In this document: one piece after another, positions 16,918 to 26,411 of the stretch
How positions within the stretch are numbered: the stretch's first letter is position 1
Layout of the letters: every line of letters begins with the position of its first letter
Source of the DNA: Nitrosopumilus sp.
Lineage (GTDB): Bacteria; Bacteroidota; Bacteroidia; Flavobacteriales_D; Sanyastnellaceae
DNA length: 64,000 bases
Assembly (NCBI GenBank): GCA_964223495.1
Contig: CAXQGL010000056.1
Span: forward strand, 13,887 to 77,886
Direction of reading: 5' to 3'
Position numbers and translations under genes: made by a program
The notes under the pieces: generated by a model
What the model was told of the DNA's origin: nothing
Seen by the model: the letters and a program-made list of their open reading frames with translations, nothing else
The model's database searches: none

Positions 16918-19062
16918 ATGAACCCCCGAATCCTCCTGCTGCTCACCATGTTCGTGACGGGTCTGGTCCTTCCGGCCCAGGTCACGGTGACCAGTGGTTT
17001 TACCCCCGAACAGTACATCAATGATGTCCTGCTCGGGGCCGGTGTGGAAGCGACCAACATCCAATACACCGGAAGTCCGGTCCAGATTGGCGAAATCACT
17101 GGATTCAACATCGATGAGTTTCCCATCGAACAGGGCCTCATCCTCAGCACGGAAGTGGCCGCAAACCCCGCCAACATCAACGGGGGTTGCCTCGAAGACA
17201 TCATCGACGATGGACAGGAGGTGTCCGGCGACCCCGACCTGTTGGACATCGCCAACAGTGTGCCGCCCCTGATCGGCCAGAACTTCAATGTGAGCAGCGT
17301 CAACGACCTCTGCATCATCGAATTCGATTTCGAAGCAACGGGCGACTCCATCTCCTTCAACTATGTGTTCGGGTCGGATGAATACCTCGAATGGGTCAAT
17401 TCCGCCTTCAACGACATTTTCGGTTTCTTCCTCAGCGGTCCCGGCATCGATGGCCCTTACCTCGATGATGCGGTGAACCTGGCGGAAGTGCCCGGCTCAG
17501 ACCCCCAATTGCCCATCACCATCAGCTCGGTCAACAATGCCATCAACGGTGATTTCTATATCGACAACCCGGGCAACAACATCATCTGCCAGGACGGCTA
17601 CACAGTCAAGATGGAAGCCAAGAGCGCCGTCATCTGCGGCGAGGTGTACCACATCCGGTTGGCCATCGCGGACGGTACCGACACCGCGCTGGAGTCCATC
17701 GTGATCCTCGAGGCGGGTTCCTTCCAATCCAACGGCGCCGAGATCGAGGCGTCGGCCAGCATTGGGGATGCCCCGGTATTCCTCGGCGATACCGTGGTCG
17801 TGGAAGGATGCAACGAGGCTGCATTCACCGTCATCCGTCCGGTCACCACTTTCCAGGATACACTCGAGCTGTTCATCTCGGGTACTGCGGAAGAAGGGGT
17901 GGACTTCGAGGTCATCGACACGGCCATCATCATGGAGGTCGGACAGAGTGAACAGCAGATTCCACTCATCGTGCTGAATGACAATACCGCTGAAGGCCCT
18001 GAAACCGTCACCCTCGAGTACCTGTACGTGAACCTGTGTGGTGATACTTCGCTGGTGGGGGCCACCCTGGTCATCCAAGATCCCGAACCCCTTGAGGTGC
18101 AGGTTCCGGACGAGGTGGCCCTGTGCCCTCCTGTGAACATCAACTCCGTCGTCACATCGGGATATGCACCATACGGCTACAATTGGAGCACCGGTGACAC
18201 CACATCCGGCATCAACTATACCGGAACCGATCCAACGATGATCACCTTGACGGTCATGGACGTTTGCGGAGACTCCATCATCATTCCGATTGACCTGGTC
18301 AATCCGACGCCGTTGAACGTGGAGATCCTTCAGCTCAATGACCCCTATTGTCCTGGAGATCCCGTCACCTTGGGCACCCAGGCCATTTCCGGAAGCGGTC
18401 AGGTGGATTGGGATTGGTCGCCCAATGTCAACAGTTCCGATGGCGGCACGGCCAATGTCAGTCCGAGTGCCGACGAGGAGTTCACGGTGAGTGCCGAGGA
18501 TGCATGCGGCCAGACCGACGAGGCCTCCTGGATCGTGGAGGTTCCCGATTATGATCCCATCGTCAGTGAGGATGTGACCTTCTGCCTATACCAGACCGGC
18601 GTACTCGGTGTGGATGGTGGCAGCCTGCTGTACACCTTCTCCGGCCTCGATGGTACGCCCCTGAACCAAGAAACGGACTCCACCGTGGTCTTCACGAATG
18701 GGACAGGCAGCATGTATGTGGGGGGCAGCAATACCACCACGACCGTGGTCATCACGGACGAATGTGGCACCAGCATCAATGTGGACGTCACCTCCGAAGC
18801 CTGCGAGACCATTGTTCCCAACATCTTCACGCCAAACAACGACGGAGAGAATGACCGCTTCGTCATCGAAGGCATCGAAGGGTACCCCGGCAGCAGTGTG
18901 ACGGTATTCAATCGCTGGGGCGGCAAGGTGTATTCCGACCCTGATTACGACTCCACCTGGGACGCGCAGGGCTGCTCGGACGGAACGTATTACTACATCT
19001 TCGACAGAAGTGATGGCATGACCTTCCGCGGGACAATACAGATCCTGAGGGAACGCCAATAA
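16918..19062 (+). CDS. Surface protein: choice-of-anchor-L-like N-terminal domain, Calx-beta-like domain, Ig-like repeats, and a T9SS type B (gliding-associated) C-terminal domain
   Basis: ORF 16648..19062 trimmed to ATG 16918 (signal peptide MNPRILLLLTMFVTGLVLPAQV). FNYVFGSDEYLEWVNSAFNDIFGFFLSGPG is the choice-of-anchor L pattern. GTAEEGVDFEV...NDNTAEGPETVTLEY is Calx-beta-like. The C-terminus IVPNIFTPNNDGENDRFVIEGIEGYPGSSVTVFNRWGGKVY is the type B tail. Confidence 0.8.
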   Translation: MNPRILLLLTMFVTGLVLPAQVTVTSGFTPEQYINDVLLGAGVEATNIQYTGSPVQIGEITGFNIDEFPIEQGLILSTEVAANPANINGGCLEDIIDDGQEVSGDPDLLDIANSVPPLIGQNFNVSSVNDLCIIEFDFEATGDSISFNYVFGSDEYLEWVNSAFNDIFGFFLSGPGIDGPYLDDAVNLAEVPGSDPQLPITISSVNNAINGDFYIDNPGNNIICQDGYTVKMEAKSAVICGEVYHIRLAIADGTDTALESIVILEAGSFQSNGAEIEASASIGDAPVFLGDTVVVEGCNEAAFTVIRPVTTFQDTLELFISGTAEEGVDFEVIDTAIIMEVGQSEQQIPLIVLNDNTAEGPETVTLEYLYVNLCGDTSLVGATLVIQDPEPLEVQVPDEVALCPPVNINSVVTSGYAPYGYNWSTGDTTSGINYTGTDPTMITLTVMDVCGDSIIIPIDLVNPTPLNVEILQLNDPYCPGDPVTLGTQAISGSGQVDWDWSPNVNSSDGGTANVSPSADEEFTVSAEDACGQTDEASWIVEVPDYDPIVSEDVTFCLYQTGVLGVDGGSLLYTFSGLDGTPLNQETDSTVVFTNGTGSMYVGGSNTTTTVVITDECGTSINVDVTSEACETIVPNIFTPNNDGENDRFVIEGIEGYPGSSVTVFNRWGGKVYSDPDYDSTWDAQGCSDGTYYYIFDRSDGMTFRGTIQILRERQ

Positions 19063-19079
19063 CGGCTCCGACATAGGTC

Positions 19080-20591
19080 TCAGCCGACCAAAAGGGTGCT
19101 GCCCGTCATCTGGGCAGGCACATCCAATTCCATCAGGTCGAGTATGGTCGGTGCCACATCGGCGAGGATGCCGTCCCGCACAGACTTTCCTTCCGTACCC
19201 ATGGCGATGACCGGCACCAAGTTCGTGGTATGGGCGGTATGGGGGGTGCCATCGGGATTCCGGGCCAGCTCCGCATTTCCATGATCGGCAATCACGACGA
19301 AGGCATATCCGGCATTCCTTCCTGCCTCGAGTACCCTTGACAATTGTCGGTCCGTCTCTTCGCAGGCCTTGACCACAGCCTGGAAGACCCCGGTATGGCC
19401 CACCATATCCGGGTTGGCGAAATTGAGACAGACGAAATCAGGAGCAGCCTCCGAGGACATGGCCTTGATGGCCGCATCCGCCACTCCAGAAGCGCTCATT
19501 TCCGGTTGCAGGTCATAGGTGGCCACCTTGGGAGATGGCGCCACGGCCCTGCGCTCACCCGGGAATTCCGCCTCTCGACCTCCGCTGAAGAAAAAGGTGA
19601 CGTGGGGGTATTTCTCCGTCTCCGCCAAACGCAATTGCGTCCCACCGGCCTCGGCGACCGTCTCGCCCAAGGTCATCTCCAGATTGGGTTTGTCGTAGAG
19701 GACTTCGACACCCCTGAATCGGTCGTCGTAGTTCGTCATCGTCACATAGTGCAGCTCCAAGGGGGACATGCCCTCGTCGGGAATGGCCTCCTGTGTCAGT
19801 GCGGTCGTGATCTGCCGGCACCGGTCCGTCCGGAAATTGAAGCACAGCACCACATCCCCCGGTCTGATCTTTCCATCCACGCCGCTGATGACGGCGGGCT
19901 CGACGAATTCGTCGGTTGTACCTCCAGCATAAGAGGCCTCCATGACCGCAGCGGCACTCTCGAAGGCAGCACCTTCGCCGTGGACCAACGCCCGATAAGC
20001 CTTCGCGATGCGCTCCCAACGCTTATCGCGATCCATGGCCCAATACCGGCCGCATACGGTCGCAATGGATGCTCCTGTTTCAGTGCACACGGATTCCAAG
20101 TCTTCGAGGTAGCCCGCCCCGAGCTCCGGTGCCGTATCCCGTCCATCCGTGAAGGCGTGGACCACCACATCGGGCACACCGGCATCAGCCGCAATCCTGA
20201 GCAGCGCATGCAGGTGGGCTTGTTGGCTGTGGACCCCACCCTGACTGACGAGCCCCATGAGATGCAGCCGCTTGCCGTTTGGCCTTGCCGCTTCGAGGGC
20301 ATCGAGGAGCACCTGCTCGGTGGCGAGTGATCCGTCCGCCAAGGCCCTGTCGATGCGCAGGAGGTCTTGGTAAACCACGCGCCCGGCCCCGATATTCAGG
20401 TGGCCCACCTCACTGTTGCCCATCTGGCCCTCAGGCAGCCCCACCACCTCACCATGGGTCGTCAGACTGGCATGGGGGAAATCATTCATCAATCCGTCGA
20501 AGCAAGGGGTGGAGGCCACGTGGACCGCATTGTTGTGGTCGGGTTGACCGAAACCCCATCCGTCGAGGATGATGAGCGCCGTCTTCTTCAT
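19080..20591 (-). CDS. gpmI: 2,3-bisphosphoglycerate-independent phosphoglycerate mutase
   Basis: LIILDGWG, GNSEVGHLNIGAGR, and VIADHGNAE near the C-terminus. Confidence 0.93.
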   Translation of the reverse strand: MKKTALIILDGWGFGQPDHNNAVHVASTPCFDGLMNDFPHASLTTHGEVVGLPEGQMGNSEVGHLNIGAGRVVYQDLLRIDRALADGSLATEQVLLDALEAARPNGKRLHLMGLVSQGGVHSQQAHLHALLRIAADAGVPDVVVHAFTDGRDTAPELGAGYLEDLESVCTETGASIATVCGRYWAMDRDKRWERIAKAYRALVHGEGAAFESAAAVMEASYAGGTTDEFVEPAVISGVDGKIRPGDVVLCFNFRTDRCRQITTALTQEAIPDEGMSPLELHYVTMTNYDDRFRGVEVLYDKPNLEMTLGETVAEAGGTQLRLAETEKYPHVTFFFSGGREAEFPGERRAVAPSPKVATYDLQPEMSASGVADAAIKAMSSEAAPDFVCLNFANPDMVGHTGVFQAVVKACEETDRQLSRVLEAGRNAGYAFVVIADHGNAELARNPDGTPHTAHTTNLVPVIAMGTEGKSVRDGILADVAPTILDLMELDVPAQMTGSTLLVG

Positions 20592-20640
20592 TTCGGCGCG
20601 AAGGTACCGCGTCCGATGCCGCCGATGAAGCCGCAGGAAA

Positions 20641-21471
20641 TCAAGCCCTTTGCCACCATTTGGGTCTCATCGTGGCCCCGGTCGGTCTGTGCAGGCCGGG
20701 TCGGATCCAGATGCCCATGCGGAACAGATCGAGCGACGCCGCGCCCGGCCAAGCGCACAGCTCACGCCATGCCCGGAACATGTCCCTGGACCAACGGATG
20801 TCGTCGATGATGACGTAGGCATCAGGGGCCAGTGCGGACTGAAGGGACCGAATCTGCTCCAGAAGGACCTCCCCCTCGTGGCGCCCATCAATGAAGACCA
20901 CATCGAATTGTGGGCCGCCCTCCAGCACCATGGGCAGCGTTTTCGAGAATGGCCCGGATTCGATGCGCACCACCTTGCCTTGTTCAACATGTCTGGACAG
21001 ACGGGACCGTGTGATTCCTGCGAGCACCTCGCTTCCTTCGAGCCCCCAGTATTCACTGCCTTCACATGCGCCTGAAAGCAGGTGATCCGCCCCGGCGCCG
21101 AGACAGGTACCCAATTCCAAAATTCGGATTGCTCCTCCACGCCATTCCGACACTGCGCGGGTGGCACCCGACAACCACCGGCCCTTGCGCGCGTCCGAGG
21201 ATGCTGTGGCCGCGAGGTCGGCGACCGCGGTCCAGCGCATCCGCCCCTCATCTGATGCACCAGCCCCGAAATCCCGCCACTCCAGCAGGGTCCTATCCGC
21301 CCTGACCCTCTTCTCCGCAAGTCCGATATCCAAGGCCCTGACATCAGACCCGGATGTGGCCCAGCAACCCAGAAATGGCGGGAATTCAGCTCCGTCCTGA
21401 GCATGGATTGGCAAAGACCACCAGCCGGCGACCCAACGTAACCACCCAAGAATTCCCGAAGTGCGCTCCAT
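20641..21471 (-). CDS. Class I SAM-dependent methyltransferase (O-methyltransferase-like C-terminal half)
   Basis: ILELGTCLGAGADHL (motif I) and FDVVFIDGRHEGEVLL. The N-terminal half is uncharacterised. A second open frame (20667..21479) was judged a shadow. Confidence 0.6.
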   Translation of the reverse strand: MERTSGILGWLRWVAGWWSLPIHAQDGAEFPPFLGCWATSGSDVRALDIGLAEKRVRADRTLLEWRDFGAGASDEGRMRWTAVADLAATASSDARKGRWLSGATRAVSEWRGGAIRILELGTCLGAGADHLLSGACEGSEYWGLEGSEVLAGITRSRLSRHVEQGKVVRIESGPFSKTLPMVLEGGPQFDVVFIDGRHEGEVLLEQIRSLQSALAPDAYVIIDDIRWSRDMFRAWRELCAWPGAASLDLFRMGIWIRPGLHRPTGATMRPKWWQRA

Positions 21472-21497
21472 GCCTGCAATTTCGCCTATGCATTGCC

Positions 21498-21505
21498 TAT
21501 TTTTG
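21498..21505 (+). promoter_or_regulatory. Candidate Bacteroidota -7 box (TAnnTTTG) for tRNA-Val
   Basis: TATTTTTG lies 12 nt upstream of the tRNA 5' end, the same spacing as at tRNA-Phe. Confidence 0.45.
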
Positions 21506-21516
21506 CGCCGTCTTCA

Positions 21517-21591
21517 GGGCGGTTAGCTCAGCTGGTTCAGAGCACCTCGTTTACACCGAGGGGGTCGGGGGTTCGAGTCCCTCACCGCCCA
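21517..21591 (+). tRNA. tRNA-Val (anticodon TAC)
   Basis: Hand-folded: acceptor GGGCGGT/ACCGCCC, anticodon stem CCTCG/CGAGG with loop TTTACAC, T arm GGGGG-TTCGAGT-CCCTC, discriminator A. Confidence 0.93.
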
Positions 21592-21720
21592 CTTCTATTC
21601 CTCTCGATTGATGTAACCGGGTGCCTCGAAACGCCACATTCCTAGGCATTCCCTCTCCATTTGCTATATTTAAGGTGAGCATATAAGCCGCCTCGATAGG
21701 GCACAGAATCGAAGCAGAAC

Positions 21721-23919
21721 ATGGTCAGGAATCCCTTTTCGTCTTTCAAGTTTGCCTTGCTGTTATTGGCTCTCGGACCGGCGTTGCCGCAATCCGTTCA
21801 GGCGCAGGAAGGCGAACACGACGTTGCCTTCGAATGGATTGAAGCACAGCTGAAGGGCATCCGTGTGGATTTCGCGAGGCCGCCAATCCATGCCCGCAAC
21901 CTCTTCCACGTCTCCTTGGCCATGTACGATGCCTGGGCCGTCTATGATGACGTGGCCGAGACCTATCTTCTCGGAAAGACGGTCGGGGGGTATACGGTCG
22001 AATTCGATGGCATCCCCGAGAACATTCTGCCTTTTCTTGACATCCCTTCCTCGCGGAAGGAAGCCATTTCCTATGCAGCCTACCGGGTGCTCTCCCACCG
22101 GTATGCGAACAGTCCAGGGGTGGTCACTTCACAAGCCCGGTTCGATTCGCTCTTCACGGCAAACGGTTACGACCCATCGCTGACGTCTACGAACTATGGA
22201 TTCGGCTCCCCCGCTGCCCTGGGCAACTACATTGCGGAACAGGTCATTGCCTTCGGAATGCAGGATGGCGCCAATGAGGCATTCGATTACGTCAATCTGT
22301 ACTACGAGCCATTCAATGACCAGCTCGTCGTATCCGACCCCGGCAACCCGACCATCTCCGATCCGAATCGCTGGCAACCCTTGGCCATCGAAGGATTCGT
22401 AGACCAGTCGGGACAGGTGCTGGAAAGCGCACCTCCCTTCCAGAGCCCCGAGTGGGGGTGGGTTGCCCCTTTCGCACTTCAGAATGACCAATTGGACCTT
22501 TACGAGCGCGACGGTGAGACCTGGCCGACCTATCTCGATCCGGGACCTCCGGTGTATACGGGAGGCGATCAAACCTTCGAATCGGACAGCATGTACAAGC
22601 ACCATTTCGCGATGGTGAGCATCTGGCAGTCACACCACGACCCGTTCAATGGCGTCATGATCGATGCGAGTCCTGGCACGATCGGCAACGCGCCCGAATT
22701 CCCCGATGACCTTCTCGATTATGGGGATTTCTACAATTACTTCACGGGAGGCGATGCCGGAGCGGGGCACGATTTGAATCCGCAAACCGGTCTGCCTTAT
22801 GAGGAGCAGTTGGTTCCACTCGGAGACTATACTCGGATCCTGGCCGAATTCTGGGCAGATGGCCCCGATAGCGAAACACCGCCCGGGCACTGGTTCAGCA
22901 TCCTCAATGAAGTCATGTCCCATCCTGATTTCACGTACGATTGGATGGGTGAAGGCGATGAAATTGACCCACTGGAATACGAAGTCAAGGCGTATCTGAC
23001 GCTTGGAGGCGCGGTTCACGATGCCGCCATTGCTGCATGGAGTGTCAAGGGCTACTACGACTATACCCGTCCCGTGTCCGCCATCCGCTACATGGCCGAC
23101 CAGGGACAGTCCTCGGATCCCGCCCTGCCGAGTTACAGTCCCAACGGCATTCCGCTCTACCCCGGCTACATCGAATTGGTGGACGATACCGACCCTTTGG
23201 CCGGAGATCTGGGGGAAAACATCGGCAAGATCAAGGTCTTCACATGGCAAGGCCCGGACTACATCGACACTTTCGAGGGAGACAACGGGTTGGAGGTGCC
23301 GGTGGACTCTGCCGGCAACATCGCCGGGGTGGGTTGGATCCTGGCGGAGAACTGGTGGCCCTACCAACGTCCCAGCTTCGTGACCCCTCCCTTCGCCGGT
23401 TACGTTTCCGGGCATTCCACCTTCAGCCGCTCGGCGGCCGAGGTCATGACGGCCATCACTGGCGACGCCTTCTTCCCGGGTGGACTGGGAGAATTCTATT
23501 GTCCCCAGGACGACTTCCTCGTATTCGAGATTGGACCGAGCGTCGACGTGACGCTACAATGGGCCACGTATTATGATGCTTCGGATCAATGCAGCCTGTC
23601 GCGCATTTACGGCGGAATCCACCCGGTAACGGACGACATCCGAGGCCGACAAATGGGCATCGTGTGCGGAACGCAAGCTGTGGATTTGGCACAGGCCCAT
23701 TTCGACGGCAGCATCAACAACACATGTGGCATCGGACCCTATGGCGGATGCCTCGGTGACCTCGACGGGGATGGAGCCCAGACCGTGGAAGACGTGCTGT
23801 ACATGTTGGCCAACTTCGGTGTGATCGGACCGCATCCTGCCGACATCGACCTCGACGACCTCGTCGGCACCACCGACCTGTTGATCCTGCTCGGCATCTA
23901 CGGTTGCAGCTGCCCTTGA
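21721..23919 (+). CDS. Secreted PAP2 / vanadium-dependent-haloperoxidase-like protein with a dockerin-like C-terminal tail
   Basis: Signal peptide FKFALLLLALGPALPQSVQA. All three acid-phosphatase/V-HPO superfamily motifs are present: KGYYDYTRP (KxxxxxxRP), YVSGHSTF (PSGH-like) and SRIYGGIHPVTD (SRxxxxxHxxxD). The C-terminus has DLDGDGAQTVEDVLYMLANFG and DIDLDDLVGTTDLLILLGIYGCSCP. Confidence 0.7.
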   Translation: MVRNPFSSFKFALLLLALGPALPQSVQAQEGEHDVAFEWIEAQLKGIRVDFARPPIHARNLFHVSLAMYDAWAVYDDVAETYLLGKTVGGYTVEFDGIPENILPFLDIPSSRKEAISYAAYRVLSHRYANSPGVVTSQARFDSLFTANGYDPSLTSTNYGFGSPAALGNYIAEQVIAFGMQDGANEAFDYVNLYYEPFNDQLVVSDPGNPTISDPNRWQPLAIEGFVDQSGQVLESAPPFQSPEWGWVAPFALQNDQLDLYERDGETWPTYLDPGPPVYTGGDQTFESDSMYKHHFAMVSIWQSHHDPFNGVMIDASPGTIGNAPEFPDDLLDYGDFYNYFTGGDAGAGHDLNPQTGLPYEEQLVPLGDYTRILAEFWADGPDSETPPGHWFSILNEVMSHPDFTYDWMGEGDEIDPLEYEVKAYLTLGGAVHDAAIAAWSVKGYYDYTRPVSAIRYMADQGQSSDPALPSYSPNGIPLYPGYIELVDDTDPLAGDLGENIGKIKVFTWQGPDYIDTFEGDNGLEVPVDSAGNIAGVGWILAENWWPYQRPSFVTPPFAGYVSGHSTFSRSAAEVMTAITGDAFFPGGLGEFYCPQDDFLVFEIGPSVDVTLQWATYYDASDQCSLSRIYGGIHPVTDDIRGRQMGIVCGTQAVDLAQAHFDGSINNTCGIGPYGGCLGDLDGDGAQTVEDVLYMLANFGVIGPHPADIDLDDLVGTTDLLILLGIYGCSCP

Positions 23920-23922
23920 GAT

Positions 23923-25146
23923 TCAGCCTTCTTTCGTGTCCAAATGAGCCAGGGCCTCACCGACGGTGAAGACGCTGCCCAAGACGACCACCAATTCATC
24001 GTGCGTGCGCGCTTCCAAGGCCGCATCCAAGGCGGCCTGTACGGATTCATGTTCCACTCCTGATCGCCCGAGTGCAAGGGCACGCAATGACAATTGCCCG
24101 ACAGACATGGCCCGGGGAATGTCTGCTGAACACCAATGATGCCCGACAGCCGGGGGCAGGCAGGCCAAAGCTCCTTCCACATCCTTGTCGGCCACCGTGG
24201 CGAAAACGATGCGCAGGGGGCGGCCCAGGCGTTCCAAGGCATCTCCGGTGTCCTTGAGGCCATCAATGTTGTGAGCGCTGTCCAACAGTAGGTCCTGATC
24301 CCACCAATGCCAACGTCCCCTGAGCCCCCATGACTGCGGTCCTGAAAGGAGCAACTCCTCGTCCGTGCTTTTGATTCCCGGTATCAAGGACAGGATCCTG
24401 CGCGCCACGGCACGATTGCGACCCAGCCAAACCGGTCCCGATTCCGGTAGCGCAATCTCATCCTCCAGCCCATCATGGACCTCGACCCCCAGTCTCATCG
24501 ACCTTTCCAGAACCACGGAACGCGCTTCCGGAGGTAGAATTCCCAGAACGCAAGGCACGCCCTCCTTCAGGATGCCGGCCTTTTCTCCTGCTATTGAGCG
24601 CAGGTCATCGCCCAGGAATTGCTGGTGGTCCAGGCCAATGGAGGTAATCGCCGTCACGAGAGGGGCAGGAAAGATGTTCGTGGAGTCGAGCCTACCGCCC
24701 ATACCGGTCTCCAGCACCGCCACATCCACCCCGGTCGATTGGAAATGCGAGAGGGCCATGCAGAACATCAGTTCGAAGAAACTTGGTTCCAGATCCTCCC
24801 AGACCTGCCGGTTTTCCTCCACGAATTGGATGAACGCCGATTGGGGTATCATCCGGCCATCCACCCGGATGCGTTCCCTCGGATCGATCAAGTGCGGAGA
24901 GGTGTACAGACCGACCTTGAGCCCCCGCGCCGTCAGGGCAGCAGAGACGGCATGGCTGACCGACCCCTTCCCGTTCGTTCCCGCAATGTGGATGACATCA
25001 AGCCCCGTCTCGGGATGACCCAGGGCCGCACACAGCGCGTGTGTCTTCTCGAGATCGATGCGGTAGCGGACCGGACCCTTGCGCTGGAACATCGGGAGCT
25101 GTCGGTACAGCCAATCCAGTACTTCATCGTAGGTCATGACATCCAA
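23923..25146 (-). CDS. folC: Bifunctional folylpolyglutamate synthase / dihydrofolate synthase
   Basis: P-loop HIAGTNGKGS and Mur-ligase-like organisation. Confidence 0.88.
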   Translation of the reverse strand: MDVMTYDEVLDWLYRQLPMFQRKGPVRYRIDLEKTHALCAALGHPETGLDVIHIAGTNGKGSVSHAVSAALTARGLKVGLYTSPHLIDPRERIRVDGRMIPQSAFIQFVEENRQVWEDLEPSFFELMFCMALSHFQSTGVDVAVLETGMGGRLDSTNIFPAPLVTAITSIGLDHQQFLGDDLRSIAGEKAGILKEGVPCVLGILPPEARSVVLERSMRLGVEVHDGLEDEIALPESGPVWLGRNRAVARRILSLIPGIKSTDEELLLSGPQSWGLRGRWHWWDQDLLLDSAHNIDGLKDTGDALERLGRPLRIVFATVADKDVEGALACLPPAVGHHWCSADIPRAMSVGQLSLRALALGRSGVEHESVQAALDAALEARTHDELVVVLGSVFTVGEALAHLDTKEG

Positions 25147-25205
25147 TCACCACAAGACGACAATGCCGCACGCACACAGGTGGATGGGCGCGTGACGGCC
25201 AGGGT

Positions 25206-26009
25206 TCATTCCAGCTCGAAATTGAACTGGATCCAACCGATGCGGGTCGGCTTGGTCGGGTGGCTGCTGAACCTGGCAGTCAGAGCAGCCTCCCTGGCCA
25301 ACGCCACAAGACGGCTGCTGGAAGTCGTGCTGTTCGCAGCATCGAAACGGGCATCCGTTACCGATCCTGACTTGTCCACGTAAATCTTCATCCGAACGAT
25401 GCCCTCCTCATCCGGTTTGCGGTCGAGGTTGGGCTCCCCGATCATGGTTCCCCCTTCCAGGAAACTGTCCCCGAATTCTCCCGAAACAACGCCGGTACCC
25501 TCGATCTGACCGTCCTCGGCACCACTGTTGCCGGTTCCCTGCTGCTGGCCTTCCGATCCGCCTCCACCCGAATTGCTGAACATCTGACTCAGCGCATTCG
25601 ACAGGTCATTTGAAATCTCCGGTTCGGGAGTCTCGACCTCGGTCGTGGTCTCCACGGGCTCCTCCTGGGTGGGCACATCCACCTCGCTCACCTCCTCGGT
25701 CTCCACCGTCTCCACCGGGGCCACTTCCTCGGATACGGATTCACTGACCTCCTGTTCGATGACCTCTTCCACCTGTTCCGATGGCACCTCGGTCTCACGG
25801 TCGCCTCCCGCCTCCTCCACATTTCCGAAATCCGCCATGCCGACGGCCACGAACTGGTCTCCGGGCGGTGGGGTAACCTCCTGGAAGGCCACGAAAAAGA
25901 AACAGGCGGCCAGGATCGCGATGTAGGTCAACGAGGAGAAGATGGCCGCCTTGCGGCGTTCCTTCCGTTCCTCATCGGCGTGGTGGCGGTTCCAATCGAA
26001 TCCTGACAT
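25206..26009 (-). CDS. TonB-like energy transducer
   Basis: Single N-terminal TM segment (AAIFSSLTYIAILAACFFFVAF), a Glu/Val/Thr-rich acidic spacer, and a TonB-C-like end (GIVRMKIYVDKSGSVTDARF). It lies directly after exbB-exbD. Confidence 0.6.
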   Translation of the reverse strand: MSGFDWNRHHADEERKERRKAAIFSSLTYIAILAACFFFVAFQEVTPPPGDQFVAVGMADFGNVEEAGGDRETEVPSEQVEEVIEQEVSESVSEEVAPVETVETEEVSEVDVPTQEEPVETTTEVETPEPEISNDLSNALSQMFSNSGGGGSEGQQQGTGNSGAEDGQIEGTGVVSGEFGDSFLEGGTMIGEPNLDRKPDEEGIVRMKIYVDKSGSVTDARFDAANSTTSSSRLVALAREAALTARFSSHPTKPTRIGWIQFNFELE

Positions 26010-26018
26010 TGCGGGGGG

Positions 26019-26411
26019 TCAGCGGATGGGTTGGGCGCCGAGCATGACCTTCCAATCATTGGCCTTGGCGAGGCCGATGACCTCGACGGTCTGTCCTGTG
26101 GGCACTGCCTGGTCCACTTGCAAATACAATACCGGATCGTTCTGGTCGGCGAACTTGACCTTCAGGGCAGGCTCGATGTCCGCCCTTGCGATGGCGGTGC
26201 CATTGAGGTAATAGGAGCCGTCGGGCTTGATGGAGACCGTCAGTCGCGAGCTCGCGCTGCTCGTCCCCTTGCTCTGTGGCAGGTCCACATTGACCCCGTT
26301 CGACACCAGCGTGGATAGGATGACGAAGAAGATGAGCAGGAGGAACACGAGGTCCGTCATCGAGGACATGTTGCCCCCGGCCTGCACCTGGTTGCGCTGG
26401 GAAAGGTTCAT
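26019..26411 (-). CDS. exbD: Biopolymer transporter ExbD/TolR
   Basis: 130 aa with MTDLVFLLLIFFVILS as the TM segment, then VNVDLPQSKG. 1-nt overlap with the exbB stop. Confidence 0.85.
   Translation of the reverse strand: MNLSQRNQVQAGGNMSSMTDLVFLLLIFFVILSTLVSNGVNVDLPQSKGTSSASSRLTVSIKPDGSYYLNGTAIARADIEPALKVKFADQNDPVLYLQVDQAVPTGQTVEVIGLAKANDWKVMLGAQPIR

Noticed and set aside
20667-21479. A second 270-aa open frame on the same strand as the methyltransferase gene
   Set aside because: It has Arg/Pro/Ser/Trp-rich composition with no motifs. The overlapping frame 20641..21471 carries SAM-binding motif I.
21517-21720. tRNA-Val considered as a possible genomic-island integration site
   Set aside because: There is no integrase, no repeat of the tRNA 3' end downstream, and no change in composition. 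The flanking genes are an ordinary methyltransferase and a secreted enzyme.
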